A stretch of DNA of 38,452 nt, from assembly GCF_000372725.1 (NCBI RefSeq), contig NW_005202428.1, positions 2,243,249 to 2,281,700 on the forward strand, in the 5' to 3' direction. Numbering within the stretch: position 1 is the first letter of the stretch; the number at the start of each line of letters is the position of its first letter. This document shows positions 36,706 through 38,452 of the stretch, piece by piece. Source of the DNA: Emiliania huxleyi CCMP1516. Lineage: Eukaryota. The notes under the pieces were generated by a model that was given only the letters and a program-made list of their open reading frames with translations, was not told the origin of the DNA and searched no databases. The position numbers were made by a program, and so were the translations under genes.

Positions 36706-38452
36706 CTCAATTAAAATGGAGATCGTATCGGGCAATTTGAGATGCCGGAGCATTTCAAATTGCGGGTTCCCCGCCCCTGACGCTGGGTGGCGCCCGCCGC
36801 CCGGAGGCGGAGCCCGGTGAGACACTGACATCCCCCCAAACGGAAAGAAAACAGACAGCACAAGTGCCACAACGCCAAACTAGGGATGGATGGGAGAGAA
36901 GGACAGAGTCCCCACCTTGCAGAGCAACGATCTTTTGTCATCTAGGAAGGACGATCAGGGGCACAAAGGGAACAACATTGCTAAAAATCTCTCTCAAAGG
37001 GAACGGAAGTGGGGAAGCGCGCATCGGCCATCGCGAGACACGGAGAGCGGGCTGCGGGGCTTGGCAGGGTTCACACCCACACGACAGGTCCAAGGGAGTC
37101 CACACCACCTCTCTCGTATAGGACAGATTGCACCCGGCGGCACGGGGGCAGAAGGCGCGCCCCCCCTCCTCCGATTGCGCTCTCCTAAGTAAGTTCTTAT
37201 GCTCCTCTCTCTCCCCCTCTGCCTCTCTCTCCCTTAGGGACAGCGGCAGGCTCGCAGCTCAGTGCTCGACTGGCGATCGCTCTCTCTCCACTTAGAGCGA
37301 CCTTCCTCTAGGTCTAGCTTGGCAGCCAGCCGTCCGCAGCACACACACTGTGTGGAGGCACACGCAGGGTCGGCGACATAGAGTCTTTCTCGGACCCAAC
37401 GGTAATGCTGTCACCTTCGTGAGTACTCCTACAGATGGCGGAGTAGATTGTTGGGGCATGAAATTCTTTTTGTTCCGACGAAGGTTCGCCAAAGGCGACC
37501 CTGCATCAGAGGCGGCGCAGCCCTGTCCTCGCCGCGCCCGACCCTCGGGAGGCGAGCCCCCGCCGGTCCGACCCCCGCAGGCGACAATCCCCCAAACGAC
37601 ACCCGCGGCGAGATGGTCCTCGCCGCCCTCTACGGCAGCTCGCTCTCGCGCGCCAACACCGAGGAGAGCTCGCTCGACACCCTGGTGCGTCGGCAGCCCC
37701 TTTTCCCTTCCGCGTCTCCGCTTCCGCATCACAGCTCGCAGTCTGGCGCCGCGCCGCCACGCGCGCGCGCGCCATCCGCACGCGCCGCCACCCTGCTCTC
37801 CCGCTCTCTGCCCCTCCCAAGCCCGCGCACCTGCCGGCGCAGACAAAGACCACCATCCCGTACAAGGACCAGGAGCGCAAATGCTCCTCGTTCCCTCCGC
37901 CGCTGAAGGACATCCGCTTCACGATGGCCACGTACATCACACTGACGCAGCTGCTTGGCTTTGCGGGCATCTTCTTCGTGCCCTACTGCAAGGCGCGCGC
38001 CGCCCGCTCGAGATGAGCGCGCGGCTGCTGCGCACAGACAAGCTGCGCACAGACAAGCTGCGCACAGAGATGCGTCGCCCTTGCGGCGAGAGCGGCGCGG
38101 GCGGAGCGCACCGCGTCCCACGCCGCCGCCGCCGCCGCCGCGCCCGCGCAGGTCGCCACCATCTGGTGGGCCTTCATCCTCTGGCCAATCACCGGCTTTG
38201 GCATCACCGGCGGCGCGCACCGGCTGTGGGCGCACCGCAGCTACAAGGCGTCCTTCGCCTACCGCTTCGTCGTGATGCTGGTCAACTCGTGCGCCAACCA
38301 GGGCACCATTTTCCACTGGGCGCGCGACCACCGCACGCACCACTTCCACTCGGAGACGGTGGCCGACCCGCACGACGCGATCCGCGGGTTTTGGTTTGCG
38401 CACATGGGGTGGCTGTACCTCAAAAAGGACCCGCGCGTGGCGGAGGCGGGGC
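36706..38452 (+). repeat. Near-identical duplicate of 34489-36232
   Basis: Differences seen: one G/T SNP, gccgcagg versus ggggcatg, and a 3-nt insertion. Confidence 0.95.
37613..38452 (+). CDS. Delta-9 desaturase, copy 2 (runs off the window end)
   Basis: Same exons as copy 1; N-terminus MVLAALYGSS versus MVLAAYGSS. Confidence 0.9.

Noticed and set aside
35133..36740. 535-aa ORF spanning the desaturase
   Set aside because: Off-frame read-through across introns and the N gap; the real product comes from spliced exons.

Overview
GC-rich eukaryotic genomic DNA with many short introns (frequent GC-AG donors, ~10-bp intronic tandem repeats). The style strongly suggests a haptophyte such as Emiliania/Gephyrocapsa huxleyi; this is an inference, not a database result. 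Genes from left to right: an SSS/SLC5 sodium:solute symporter; a 5'-truncated tyrosine-recombinase retroelement with split direct repeats; a two-exon fusion of a histidine phosphatase and an NADK2-type NAD kinase (top finding, a candidate bifunctional NAD kinase/NADP phosphatase); a ~100-aa ATP6AP2/renin-receptor-like gene; an ALKBH6-like dioxygenase; an SLC25 mitochondrial carrier; an ARM-repeat protein; a G-protein alpha subunit; three adjacent glycan genes (GT8 glycosyltransferase, SLC35A nucleotide-sugar transporter, CHST15-like sulfotransferase); and a delta-9 desaturase present twice around an N gap. Also present: a dispersed non-coding repeat family, a 397-bp MITE, a 2.7-kb hAT-like TIR element and microsatellites. 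Exon boundaries were read by eye and are approximate unless stated.
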